The notes below the pieces were generated by a model that ran no database searches, was not told where the DNA came from, and worked only from the letters and a program-made list of their open reading frames with translations. 45,140 nt of DNA from Emiliania huxleyi CCMP1516 (Eukaryota): NCBI RefSeq assembly GCF_000372725.1, contig NW_005201298.1:74093-119232 (forward strand), given 5' to 3'. The translations under genes were made by a program, and so were the position numbers. Shown piece by piece: positions 11,066 to 21,400 of this stretch; positions within the stretch are counted from its first letter, which is position 1, and every line of letters begins with the position of its first letter.

Positions 11066-13704
11066 TCACAGCTGCTTGACCATCGGCTGTGAGCTTCCAA
11101 ACGGGTCCCGCACCAGCGACCACTGCTCGGGCAGCAGCGCCGGCCGCGCCCCCTCGTCACCGCGCCGCCCCTTGCGACCGCGGCGAGCAAGCGGCGCGCC
11201 GGACGGCGGGGCGGCCTCGGCGTAGCCCCGCCTGCGCCAGAAGCCGACCGTGTCGTGGCCCGCGAGCACGACGACAGTGCGCACGCCGAGCTGCTCCGCG
11301 AGCCATGCCTCGGCGGCGCCCAGCAGCGCCGCGCCGATGCCGCGGCCAGCGTGGCTGCTCGCGACGGCGAGGAGCTGCACCTGTGCTCGCGGGTGCAGCT
11401 GTGAAGAGAGCGCCGTGCACAGTGGCGAGACAGCGAGGCGCCGCGCGCCTCGCAGAAGGAGGCGGCGGCGTGCGGGATGAGGGTGAGCGCCCCGACGATC
11501 GACTCCTTCCCTTCGAGGCGAGCGACAGCGGTGCGGGCGCCCTGGCCGTGCACGAGCAAGTGCAGAAAGTCGGCGCCGCGCCGCTTGCGCTGCGGGCTGA
11601 GCCCGGGGTGGGCCGGCGAGCAGGGAACGTCGGGAGGGAGGTCGACGTTGCACTCCGGCAGCCTGCGCCGGTAGAGCCGGAGCGCGTGCGCCTGCGAGAT
11701 CATCACTCGAGGTCAGGGGAGGTGAGGGGAGGTGAGGGGAGGTGAGGGGAGGTGAGGGGAGGTGAGGGGAGGTGAGGGGAGGTGAGGGGAGGTGAGGCGA
11801 GAGGAGGCGAGAGGAGGCGAGAGGAGGCGAGAGGAGGCGAGAGGAGGCGAGAGGAGGCGAGAGGAGGCGAGAGGAGGCGAGAGGAGCCGTGATGAAGCCG
11901 AGGTGAGCCGAGATGAGCCGAGGTGAGCCGAGATGCGCCTCTGCGGGCGAGAAGCTGCCAAAGGCGGCGGGCGGAGGCTGCAGCTCGAGGGTCACACCGG
12001 AGGAGGAGAGGTCGGGGCCGGCGGCGGAGGCGGCGAGGGGGACTGCCGCCGCCGTGGCGGCGGGCGGGGCGGGAGGGGCGACGGTGTACTCGACCGAGCG
12101 GCGGGTGGGGCGATGCCGCGAGCTGGCCGGAGGCGGCGGGGTGGGCTGCGGCGGCGGGGAGGAGGAAGCGGCAGCGGAAGCGGCGGCGGCGGCTGCGGCG
12201 GCGGCGGCGGAGGTGGAGGAAGTGGAGGCGGCGGCGGAGGCGGAGGCGGAGGAGGAGGAGGAGCGAGAGACGCGCGAGCTGAGCCGCGGCGCCGTGGCGG
12301 CGGCGCGAGCGCGCGTGGTCCGCTTGATCGGCGAGAGGGGCTTGGCCTGCGACGGCGGTGGCGGCTTGGGCGACGCGCCCGCGTTGCGCAGCTCAGCGAG
12401 GGCGGCGCGGCGCGAGGTCGAAAAGGAGGCGCCGAATGGGCCCTCGCCGGCGGAGGGACTGCTAGCCGCCGCCTCCTTTCGGGCGGGCGGCGGCGCGGCG
12501 CTGGCCCAAGACGGCGCGTTGCAGCCTGCCCATCCGTCGCCATCCCCGAGGCGGGCGGGTGGGGGCCCGCGTGTGGGTCGGACCTGGCTTGCCCGCCGCC
12601 CCGACCGACTCCCCCTCTGGCCGCCCGCTGCGGCGGCGCTGGCGGCAGCAGACGCGCTGGCGGCAGCAGACGCGCTGGCGGCAGCAGACGCGCTGGCGGC
12701 AGCAGACGCGCTGGCGGCAGCAGACGCGCTGGCGGCAGCAGACGCGCTGGCGGCCGCTGCCGGTGCGGCGGGGGCCGCTGCCGCGCGGCTGGCGGAAGCT
12801 GCTGCGGGCGGCTCGGTGGCCGTTTGCCGGCGAGCTGCCGCCTCGTCGCGCCGCCAAGAGGGCGGCAGGACAGAGGCGGACGAGGACGGCGGGGCGGACA
12901 AGGCGGCGGCGGTGGAGGGACGGTGGGCGAGGGCGGGCGCGTCGGCGACGGCCGGGCGGCCGGAGGTGATGGTGGCGAGGAGCCACTGCTCATCCGCCTA
13001 TGTGGGGTGTCGCGGCCGTGTCGTGGACGTGTCCCGCGCCGGTGGAGGCGAGAGACGGCCGCCTCGGCAAGGCGGGCGCGCGGCTGATTGCGGTGCACCT
13101 GCGGGAAGGCTCCGAGCGACGCTTCGGAGGAGGGCCCCGAGTCTGGCGTGGCCGGCTTGGGAGGGGGCGCGGGAGGGAGGAGAGGGGCGGAGGCCGAGGC
13201 CGAGGGAGTGGAGAAGAGAGTCGGGGAGGGAGAGAGATGGAGGGGAGGCGGGAGGGAGAGGGCATATACCTCGACGGCGCCCGCGTCGGAGATGGGGCGT
13301 CCGTACTGGACGCGCGCACCCGCCTCGCAGCAGAGGGAGCACAGGTCGGCGTGCGGCATCACCGTCGCGCCTCGCAGCGTCACGGTGAGCCCCGCAAGCG
13401 CGCGGCCGCCTCCGCTCAGCCGCGAGAGTTGCGCGCCCGGGACGTGCGGGAGCATCCCCTCCTCGAAGGGGGCGGGGTCGACGGCGACGCCGCGATTCCG
13501 CGCGCACGCGGCGACGTACTCCTCGCCGACGATCCAGTGCCCCCGCGCGAGCGCCCGCAGCAGCTTGAGCGTTCGCCGCACGGGACGGCCGCCCGCGACG
13601 GTGACGGGCTCTCCGCGGACGAGCGTGGCGCGGACGCGGTCGTGGATGTGGGCGAAGCAGCGCTGCGTTGCCTCGTCGTCGACGCCGGTGAGGGAGAAAG
13701 ACAT
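11066..13704 (-). CDS. Tandem-BRCT, Ala/Ser/Pro linker and GCN5-like GNAT acetyltransferase protein (multi-exon)
   Basis: N-terminus RRTLKLLRALARGHWIV (BRCT1) and LAGLTV...LCCEAGA...DEQWLLATI (BRCT2). C-terminus IVGALTL...FCE|VQLLAVASSHAGRGIGAALL...GFWRRRGY carries GNAT motifs A and B. Introns at roughly 13269-13099, 13060-12998, 11935-11692 and 11447-11381. Confidence 0.75.
11712..11935 (-). repeat. Compound intronic 10-bp repeats (CTCCCCTCAC, CTCCTCTCGC, CTCGGCTCAC)
   Basis: Three adjacent 10-mer arrays are directly visible. Confidence 0.95.
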
Positions 13705-14408
13705 CGGAGGGGAGAGGGAGATCGGCGAAGCGGCGCGGCTATCAAGAGCGGCAATTGAAAAAGAATCGCGCGGCCCCGTCCGATGGTCTGCTGCCCCGCG
13801 CAGCAACCGTCGGGCGACGACCCGGGGGCCAAAAACCCGGCGACGACGGCGCTCTGGATGGGGCGTGACCTCCTGCCTCCAACCTCCTTCCTTTTTGAGC
13901 AGGTGTGACGCCGCGCGAGCGACGCTCCGAGATCGCCCGAGATAGCGCGGCGCGGCCCCGAGATCGCCCGAGATAGCGCGAGATCGCCCGAGATAGCGCG
14001 GCGCGGCCCCGAGATCGCCCGAGATCGCGCGGCCCGAGATCGCGCGGCGCGGCCCGGGGCGGGGTGGATGGGTTGGGAGCGAGGGGGCGGAAGTGTTCAG
14101 TGCGGTAGATGGTAAGCTCGAGGCGCGTGAGCCGGACTTGTGAGCCGGACCACCCCCTCTTGTTATCTGCGTTGTTGAGCCAGGACTCAACATACTCGGG
14201 CTTACTCATCCCAAACTGTCACTCCCCTTTCTCCCGGCCGAGGTGGGGCGCGCGCGGGGGCGGCGGGTGTGCGCGGGTGTGAGGGATGTCTGTGAGCCCG
14301 AGAGCGATATGCCATGTCCGCCTTGCGTTTGTTTTCATAACATCGAAGGCTAAGCTCAAAAAAGAATTGTCGCTGGGGTCGCACGACACGATTCAAAAAG
14401 AAACAGAC

Positions 14409-14927
14409 ATGTTCGACGCCATCGTCAACGACCCGAAGGTGCACCCGGCGACGCGAGCGCACTTCCGCTCGACGAAGCAACTCGGGGCGGGCGCGGTGCT
14501 CGGCATCGACGTCGTCCACAAGGACGTCGAGCTGAACGACAAGGCGTGGCTCCACGAGGCGCAGGGCTACCTCAACCACCCCAAGGGCGCCATCACCCTC
14601 GCCACGCGCTGCGTCGGCGTGGGCCCTAACTCGAGGGCGTACGGGGTAGCCGTCACTTTCCTGCCTCACAAGGGCGGGGCTGTCCCGGAAAGTGAGAGAC
14701 GCCGGGCAGCGTGGCGCATTACTGAACCCTCCCATACGTGTTTGGGGTTCCTCCTTTGCTGTCCCATCCCCTCCTCTCTTTCCCGCCTGGGCGGGGCGGT
14801 GGGCGGGCGCGCGGTGCGGCGTGGCGTGTGCGTGTGTGCGACTGCAACGAAGGACCGCTCGCAGAGGACCATTGGGTTTGTACTATTAACAACGAAGGCG
14901 CTCTCAAAAGAAACACATGTGCGGTAG
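14409..14927 (+). CDS. Hypothetical protein
   Basis: MFDAIVNDPKVHPATRAHF... shows strong third-position GC bias up to ~14680; no domain recognised and the 3' end is uncertain. Confidence 0.4.
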   Translation: MFDAIVNDPKVHPATRAHFRSTKQLGAGAVLGIDVVHKDVELNDKAWLHEAQGYLNHPKGAITLATRCVGVGPNSRAYGVAVTFLPHKGGAVPESERRRAAWRITEPSHTCLGFLLCCPIPSSLSRLGGAVGGRAVRRGVCVCATATKDRSQRTIGFVLLTTKALSKETHVR

Positions 14928-14975
14928 AGTGCTGGAGTGCTGGACTGAGAATCAGCAGCGCGCCCAGCCCACCCC

Positions 14976-15513
14976 ATGCCAGCCAGGATCGAGACTCGCC
15001 TGTCGCCGGACGGCGAGTGGCGCAAGAGCGGCGTTCTCGCCGGCGGCAGCGTCGTCGTCGGCCGAGCGCAGTTTGATGGTGCGCCGGACGCAAAGAGCAT
15101 CTCGCGCGAGCACTTTGATCTCAGGCTCTCTGCCGATGGTGCGCAAGTGACCGTGACGAGCATGAGCGGGAGCCCGAGCCACATCCACGACGCTGAGGAT
15201 GACCAGCCCACGCGGCTCGCCAAGGGCCAGGCCGTCCCGCTCGCATACGGCCAGCTCGTCTCACTCTCCAGGTCGCAGCGCTGCCAGCTCCGCGTTGTGC
15301 TCGATGGAGTGGCTGCGGCTCCGGCGGCTGCAGACTCGGCGGTCGCCGCCCCCGCGGCTGCGCGCCCACCCAGTGCGAGCGGGGCGGTGGTCGTGCACGA
15401 TCTGATCTCTGACGACGACGACGACGACGAGGTGCGGGTGACGGAGGCGCGAGCACCAGTCACACTCGACCTCACCGCAGCCGGGCCATCTGGCGGCGAG
15501 CGCGCAAAGCGGC

Positions 15514-15547
<34 letters not shown>

Positions 15548-17893
15548 CGGCGGCGGCCCCGCGCCTCGGCGAGACGCTGCGTCGGCGCTGGGGGCCGAAG
15601 AGGTGATCGACTTGGAGGCGGCCAACGGGGTCGGTCTCGGTGCGAGCGGCAAGCCGCTGCTGCCGGGCGAGCTCGAGGCGAGGCAGCAGCGCAGGCCGAG
15701 TTGGGTTCGGGGCCAAGAGGCTTCGACGAGCTTTCCCGGAGCCCCTCCCTTAGCTCTCCCGTAGGCGCCGCTCGGCTGGGACACGGCCTGGCTTCGCGAG
15801 TCCAAGACAACGCGTGCATGACATGTACATGTGCATGACATGTACATGTCCCTAGGCGCCGCTCGCCTCGCACGTCCCTCGAGGCATGTCCACGACACGT
15901 CCACGACACGCCCACGACACGTCCGGGACACGTCCACAGGCGCAGCTCGTGGACGCTACGCGCGTCTCGATCGACCGAAGAGACTCCCGAGGAGCAGCAC
16001 TACCGCCTCGCGGAGAGCGCGTTTTGCCGCGGCGGAGGGGTGGCGGCGCAGATCGCAAGCATCGACTACCACTTCCACCCCGCTCTCGAGGCCGCGCTGG
16101 CAGAACACAAACCCCACTCGCGGGCAGAGGACGCGGCACAGGACGGGGCACACGCGCCAGTCCGCAGACACGGGGAGGAGCGGTAGTGACGCTCACCCCC
16201 TCCCAGAGAGCCATTCTGCGAGAGGCCGCCGTGTTCGCCCCGCTTGGCGGGGAGTCTATAAGCGACGACGGCATCAGGCGCGCTGGCACGCCAAGAAGGC
16301 GGACTACGACGCGACGTACGGCCCTGGCAACCACACCATCCTCTTAATTAACTATGAAGTGACTCTTGAGTGACTCTTCATTCACTCTTAATGAATAGGC
16401 AACCACACCATCCTCTTAATTAACTATGAAGTGACTCTTGAGTGACTCTTAATTAATTCACTCTTAATGAATAGACAACCACACCATCCTCTTAATTAAC
16501 TATGAAGTGACTCTTGAGTGACTCTTCATTCACTCTTAATGAATAGGCAACCACACCATCCTCTCAATTAACTATGAAGTGACTCTTGAGTGACTCTTCA
16601 TTCGCTCTTAATGAATAGGCAACCACACCATCCTCTTAATTAACTATGAAGTGACTCTTGAGTGACTCTTCATTCACTCTTAATGAATAGGCAACCACAC
16701 CATCCTCTTAATTAACTATGAAGTGACTCTTGAGTGACTCTTCATTCACTCTTAATGAATAGGCAACCACACCATCCTCTTCGCCTTCCACGGCACGCGG
16801 CAGGCAAACGTGCGCCCGATCCTGGCGGAAGGATTCAAGCTCTCCAAGGTCGAACTATTACTTAACCAACCATTCATTTATTATTGGTTACCTATTAATC
16901 ATCTCCAAGGTCGGCTCAACGACCGACCCGGGCTTCTACGGCGCGGGAATCTACTTTTCGGAGCAGCTGCAGATGTCGATGGGATACAACAGCGGGAGCG
17001 ACTCATCCTAGAAGCAGAGCACGGATTCTTGCATCCCAGCCAGCGCTCGAGAGGACACGTATTCAACGGTATTCAGCCGATTCCACTGTGGTTCACTGTC
17101 GCCCCTCGTATTCACGCGGCGCTCTGAAGACGCCGCACGAGACCGTCCTCCCGCCCTCATGTCGGCGTACTCACCCTGTAGGAACGACGGCATGTTCCTC
17201 TGTAAGCTCCTCGTTGGCAAGCCGTTCCTCGCGCCGCTGCAGCAAGGGCGAGGGCTTCAGGCGGGCTATACGAGCCACGTGTCGGACGCGAGCGGCAGCG
17301 AGGTGATCATGTTTGACGAGGCGCGAATTAACATCTCAATCACTCGTTAATTAGTTAGTTCATATGTTAATTAGCTCACCATGTGTGACGAGGCGGCGAT
17401 GCTGCCGCTCTACTTCGTCTTTCTGCGCCCCCAGGGCGCCCACGGCCCTCTCGGCCACCATCATGGCCATCTTGGCCACGCTGCGGCGGCAGCGCACAAG
17501 GAGCCGCTCAAGGGTCTCGGCGGCGGCGGCGGCGGCGGCGGCGGCGTGTTGGGCGGCCTGGGCGGCTTGGGCGGCGCCATCGGTGGAGCGATGCACACGC
17601 TCGGCGGCGCATTTGGCCTGGGTGGCGCCTCATCGTCGTTGCCGGCCGCCGCCGTCGGGGCTGCCGCCGCTCTCGCCGGCGGCGGTGGCTGGGGCGCGGG
17701 CAACGTGCTGGGCGGCGGCAAGAGGCCGCGGGCGGACCACGACGCCGCGGTCGTGGCGCGGCTGCTGAGCGAGAGCCGTGGCGGCAAGGGCCGCCCGCGA
17801 GGGGCGGCCGGGCGCGCGGAGGGCGCGGAGGGCGCGGAGGAGGAGATGGTGCGCGAGGCGATGCGGCGGAGCTTGCTGCCGGGAGGGCGGTAG
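14976..17893 (+). CDS. FHA domain, PARP-type ADP-ribosyltransferase and C-terminal UIM-like protein (~600 aa)
   Basis: Exons 14976-15719, 15765-15811, 15940-16090, 16278-16326, 16763-16848, 16910-16995, 17182-17320, 17393-17893 are in frame. FHA: VVVGR...SISREH. ART: FAFHGT, ILAEGF, GFYGAGIYFS, MFLCKLLVG, SEVIMFD. UIM-like: EEEMVREAMRRSL. Confidence 0.85.
16327..16762 (+). repeat. Six tandem 72-bp units forming one intron of the PARP gene
   Basis: Units start at 16327, 16399, 16475, 16547, 16619 and 16691. Each begins (G/A)CAACCACACCATCCTC, the start of the next exon, and ends AATGAATAG. Confidence 0.95.
16996..17181 (+). mobile_element. Introner-like element, copy 1 (PARP gene intron)
   Basis: Shares CCTAGAAGC, CCCA.CCAGCGCTCGAGAGG, CGTA.TCACGCGG and CCGTCCTCCCGCCCTCATG blocks with introns at 19250-19505, 22768-22982 and 40663-40840. 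Confidence 0.7.
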
Positions 17894-18451
17894 GCGGTGT
17901 TTTGCTCGATTTCAGCTTGCTGCAGCCTGCAGGGAGGGCGGTCCACACACCCTTGGCAGGAGAGGTACCGCACACTCACAGGGTACAGAACCCTAACCCC
18001 TTCCTATGTTCTTCACAGTCTCTTACAGTCCGGCCCCTCTCTTCGGTTCATCCCACATCCGGGCACCCGGGGGAACGAACAACGATCGTCGATCCACAAA
18101 ATCAAAAATTCCCTTACGGCTTTATATTGAGTTTCTCACGCCGCGCATTTTCGGTTTCTGGCGCCAGTCTTGCCGTTCTTATAGATCAGTTTGGACATGC
18201 TCGATGGAAAGAGTGTGCCGTGCGCCCCGAGAATGCCGACATGCGTCGAAAAGGGACTGCGCGGCGTATCTCATCCATCCAACGCGGGCGCACGAATCAC
18301 ACTCGATTGCCCTGCTCTTCCGGCCGATACCGCTCCCACGAGGCGCCAGCAAAGACAACCGGCCGCTGCGCCGCACATGGCGACGGGGCGTCTCGGGGGG
18401 TCTTGGGTACCTTGCCGGGCGGCGCGAACCGGCGCAAGCAAGAGGCCCCGC

Positions 18452-21400
18452 TCAGCCCCTGTAGCGCGCAGCGGCCGCCGCCGCCACGGCGGCCGCGGCC
18501 GCGGCGGCGGCGGCGAGCGCAAGAGCGCCCGCCGACGGCGCCTGACTCCACGCCGCCACCGGGCCCTTGTCGGCGGCGCGCTTGGCCTTGTCCGAGAGGA
18601 TGGCGGCGGCGGCGCTGTCACGAGACGCCTTTGCGTTGCGTCGGCCGGCGCGCGATCACATGAGTATATGAGTAGCAGTCCCAGACTAGCAATACTCCCC
18701 AGACGCCTTTGCGTTGCCCGGCCGGCGCGCGAGCTTGAGGGCGCGCGCGTCGAGATGCGCCTCCACGTCGGCGATAGTGACGCCGGCGGCGACGCAGCGC
18801 ACGAGCGCGAAGAAGAGGAGGTCGGCGGCCTACCATTAATGAACAACTCTCATTAATTAATATTAACTGATATACCCGAGATGACCCGCGACTACCCGAG
18901 GTCGTCCTCAGTTTAAGGAAGAGGGGGTGGGCGGCCTCAGAGGCGATGTGGAGGTAATCTCGGGTGATCTCGGGTAATCTCAGGTAATCTCGGGTAATCT
19001 CGGGTAGTCTCGGGTAATCTCGGGGATTTCGGGGAGGAGGTCGGCGGCCTCAGAGGCGATGTCGTCTGGCTCCTCTGCCTCTGCCAGCTCCTGCGCCTAG
19101 ATGATCCGAGATGCCCCGAGATGCCCCGAGATGCCCCGAGATGACCCTCCGCCTCTGCCAGCTCCCGCGAACCTCTTCCACAAGCTTGGAGCGGAGGAGG
19201 GTCGAGTCGTCAAAGAGCCGCTTGGTGTACGAGCCGGCCGGCGCCGAGCCTGCGGTGTGAGTGCGCCGGCATGAGGGCGGGAGGACGGTGTCGGGCAGAG
19301 TACTTGTGGCACCGCGTGAGTACGAGGGAGGCGAGTACAATGTGCACAGCGGAGTGCGGCCGAGTACGGCGGAGTCCGTGTCGTCTCGAGCGCTACCGGG
19401 AGCACAAGAACACGGCTCCGCTCCTCCCCGCTGCCCCTGCTCACGAGATATGGGGAGATACGGGGGAGATACGGGGAGAGATTCCGCTTCTAGGGGCCGC
19501 CGCGCCGCGCCGCGACTGCAGCGTCTCCTGCAGCGCGCGTAGGCCGCTCGGGAAGCCCCAGCACGTCAGCGTGCCTGCAGGGGCAGCACGAGACACTACT
19601 GACTGGCAGTGGCCCCACCGCATAGCATGACCCCCCCCCCCCCCCAGCAATGTCAGCGTGCCTCGGTGGCAAAAGGATGGCGGCGAGCCGTACTGGCGGA
19701 CAGTGAAGCGGAGTGCGTCGCCGTCGGAGTCGACGGCCACACGGCAGAGCCGCTGCCACGCGCCTACTCCCATCGACAGTCTCTTCAACCTCTGAACCTT
19801 CACTCGCGCGGCAGAGCCGCTGCCACGCGCCTACTCCCATCGACAGTCTCTTCAGCCTCTGAACCTTCACTCGCGCGGCAGAGTCGCTGCCACGCGCCTA
19901 CTCCCATCGACAGTCTCTTCAACCTCTGAACCTTCACTCGCGCGGCAGAGTCGCTGCCACGCGCCTACTCCCATCGACAGTCTCTTCAACCTCTGAACCT
20001 TCACTCGCGCGGCAGAGTCGCTGCCACGCGCCTACTCCCATCGACAGTCTCTTCAACCTCTGAACCTTCACTCGCGCGGCAGAGTCGCTGCCACGCGCCT
20101 ACTCCCATCGACAGTCTCTTCAACCTCTGAACCTTCACTCGCGCGGCTGAGCCGCTGCCACGCGCCTACTCCCATCGACAGTCTCTTCAACCTCTGAACC
20201 TTCACTCGCGCGGCAGAGTCGCTGCCACGCGCCTACTCCCATCGACAGTCTCTTCAACCTCTGAACCTTCACTCGCGCGGCAGAGTCGCTGCCACGCGCC
20301 TACTCCCATCGACAGTCTCTTCAACCTCTGAACCTTCACTCGCGCGGCAGAGTCGCTGCCACGCGCCTACTCCCATCGACAGTCTCTTCAACCTCTGAAC
20401 CTTCACTCGCGCGGCAGAGTCGCTGCCACGCGCCTACTCCCATCGACAGTCTCTTCAACCTCTGAACCTTCACTCGCGCGGCAGAGTCGCTGCCACGCGC
20501 CTACTCCCATCGACAGTCTCTTCAACCTCTGAACCTTCACTCGCGCGGCAGAGTCGCTGCCACGCGCCTACTCCCATCGACAGTCTCTTCAACCTCTGAA
20601 CCTTCACTCGCGCGGCAGAGTCGCTGCCACGCGCCTACTCCCATCGACAGTCTCTTCAACCTCTGAACCTTCACTCGCGCGGCAGAGTCGCTGCCACGCG
20701 CCTACTCCCATCGACAGTCTCTTCAACCTCTGAACCTTCACTCGCGCGGCAGAGTCGCTGCCACGCGCCTACTCCCATCGACAGTCTCTTCAACCTCTGA
20801 ACCTTCACTCGCGCGGCAGAGTCGCTGCCACGCGCCTACTCCCATCGACAGTCTCTTCAACCTCTGAACCTTCACTCGCGCGGCAGAGTCGCTGCCACGC
20901 GCCTACTCCCATCGACAGTCTCTTCAACCTCTGAACCTTCACTCGCGCGGCAGAGTCGCTGCCACGCGCCTACTCCCATCGACAGTCTCTTCAACCTCTG
21001 AACCTTCACTCGCGCGGCAGAGTCGCTGCCACGCGCCTACTCCCATCGACAGTCTCTTCAACCTCTGAACCTTCACTCGCGCGGCAGAGTCGCTGCCACG
21101 CGCCTACTCCCATCGACAGTCTCTTCAGCCTCTGAACCTTCACTCGCGCGGCAGAGTCGCTGCCACGCGCCTACTCCCATCGACAGTCTCTTCAGCCTCT
21201 GAACCTTCACTCGCGCGGCAGAGCCGCTGCCACGCGCCTACTCCCATCGACAGTCTCTTCAGCCTCTGAACCCTCACTCGCGCGGCAGAGTCGCTGCCAC
21301 GCGCCTACTCCCATCGACAGTCTCTTCAACCTCTGAACCTTCACTCGCGCGGCAGAGCCGCTGCCACGCGCCTACTCCCATCGACAGTCTCTTCAACCTC

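Noticed and set aside
11913..14193. Long Pro/Gly/Ala-rich ORFs of 380-730 aa
   Set aside because: Alternative frames or antisense of the BRCT-GNAT gene; stop codons are rare at this GC content.
16327..16762. CRISPR array
   Set aside because: No variable spacers; it is a tandem intron-unit repeat.
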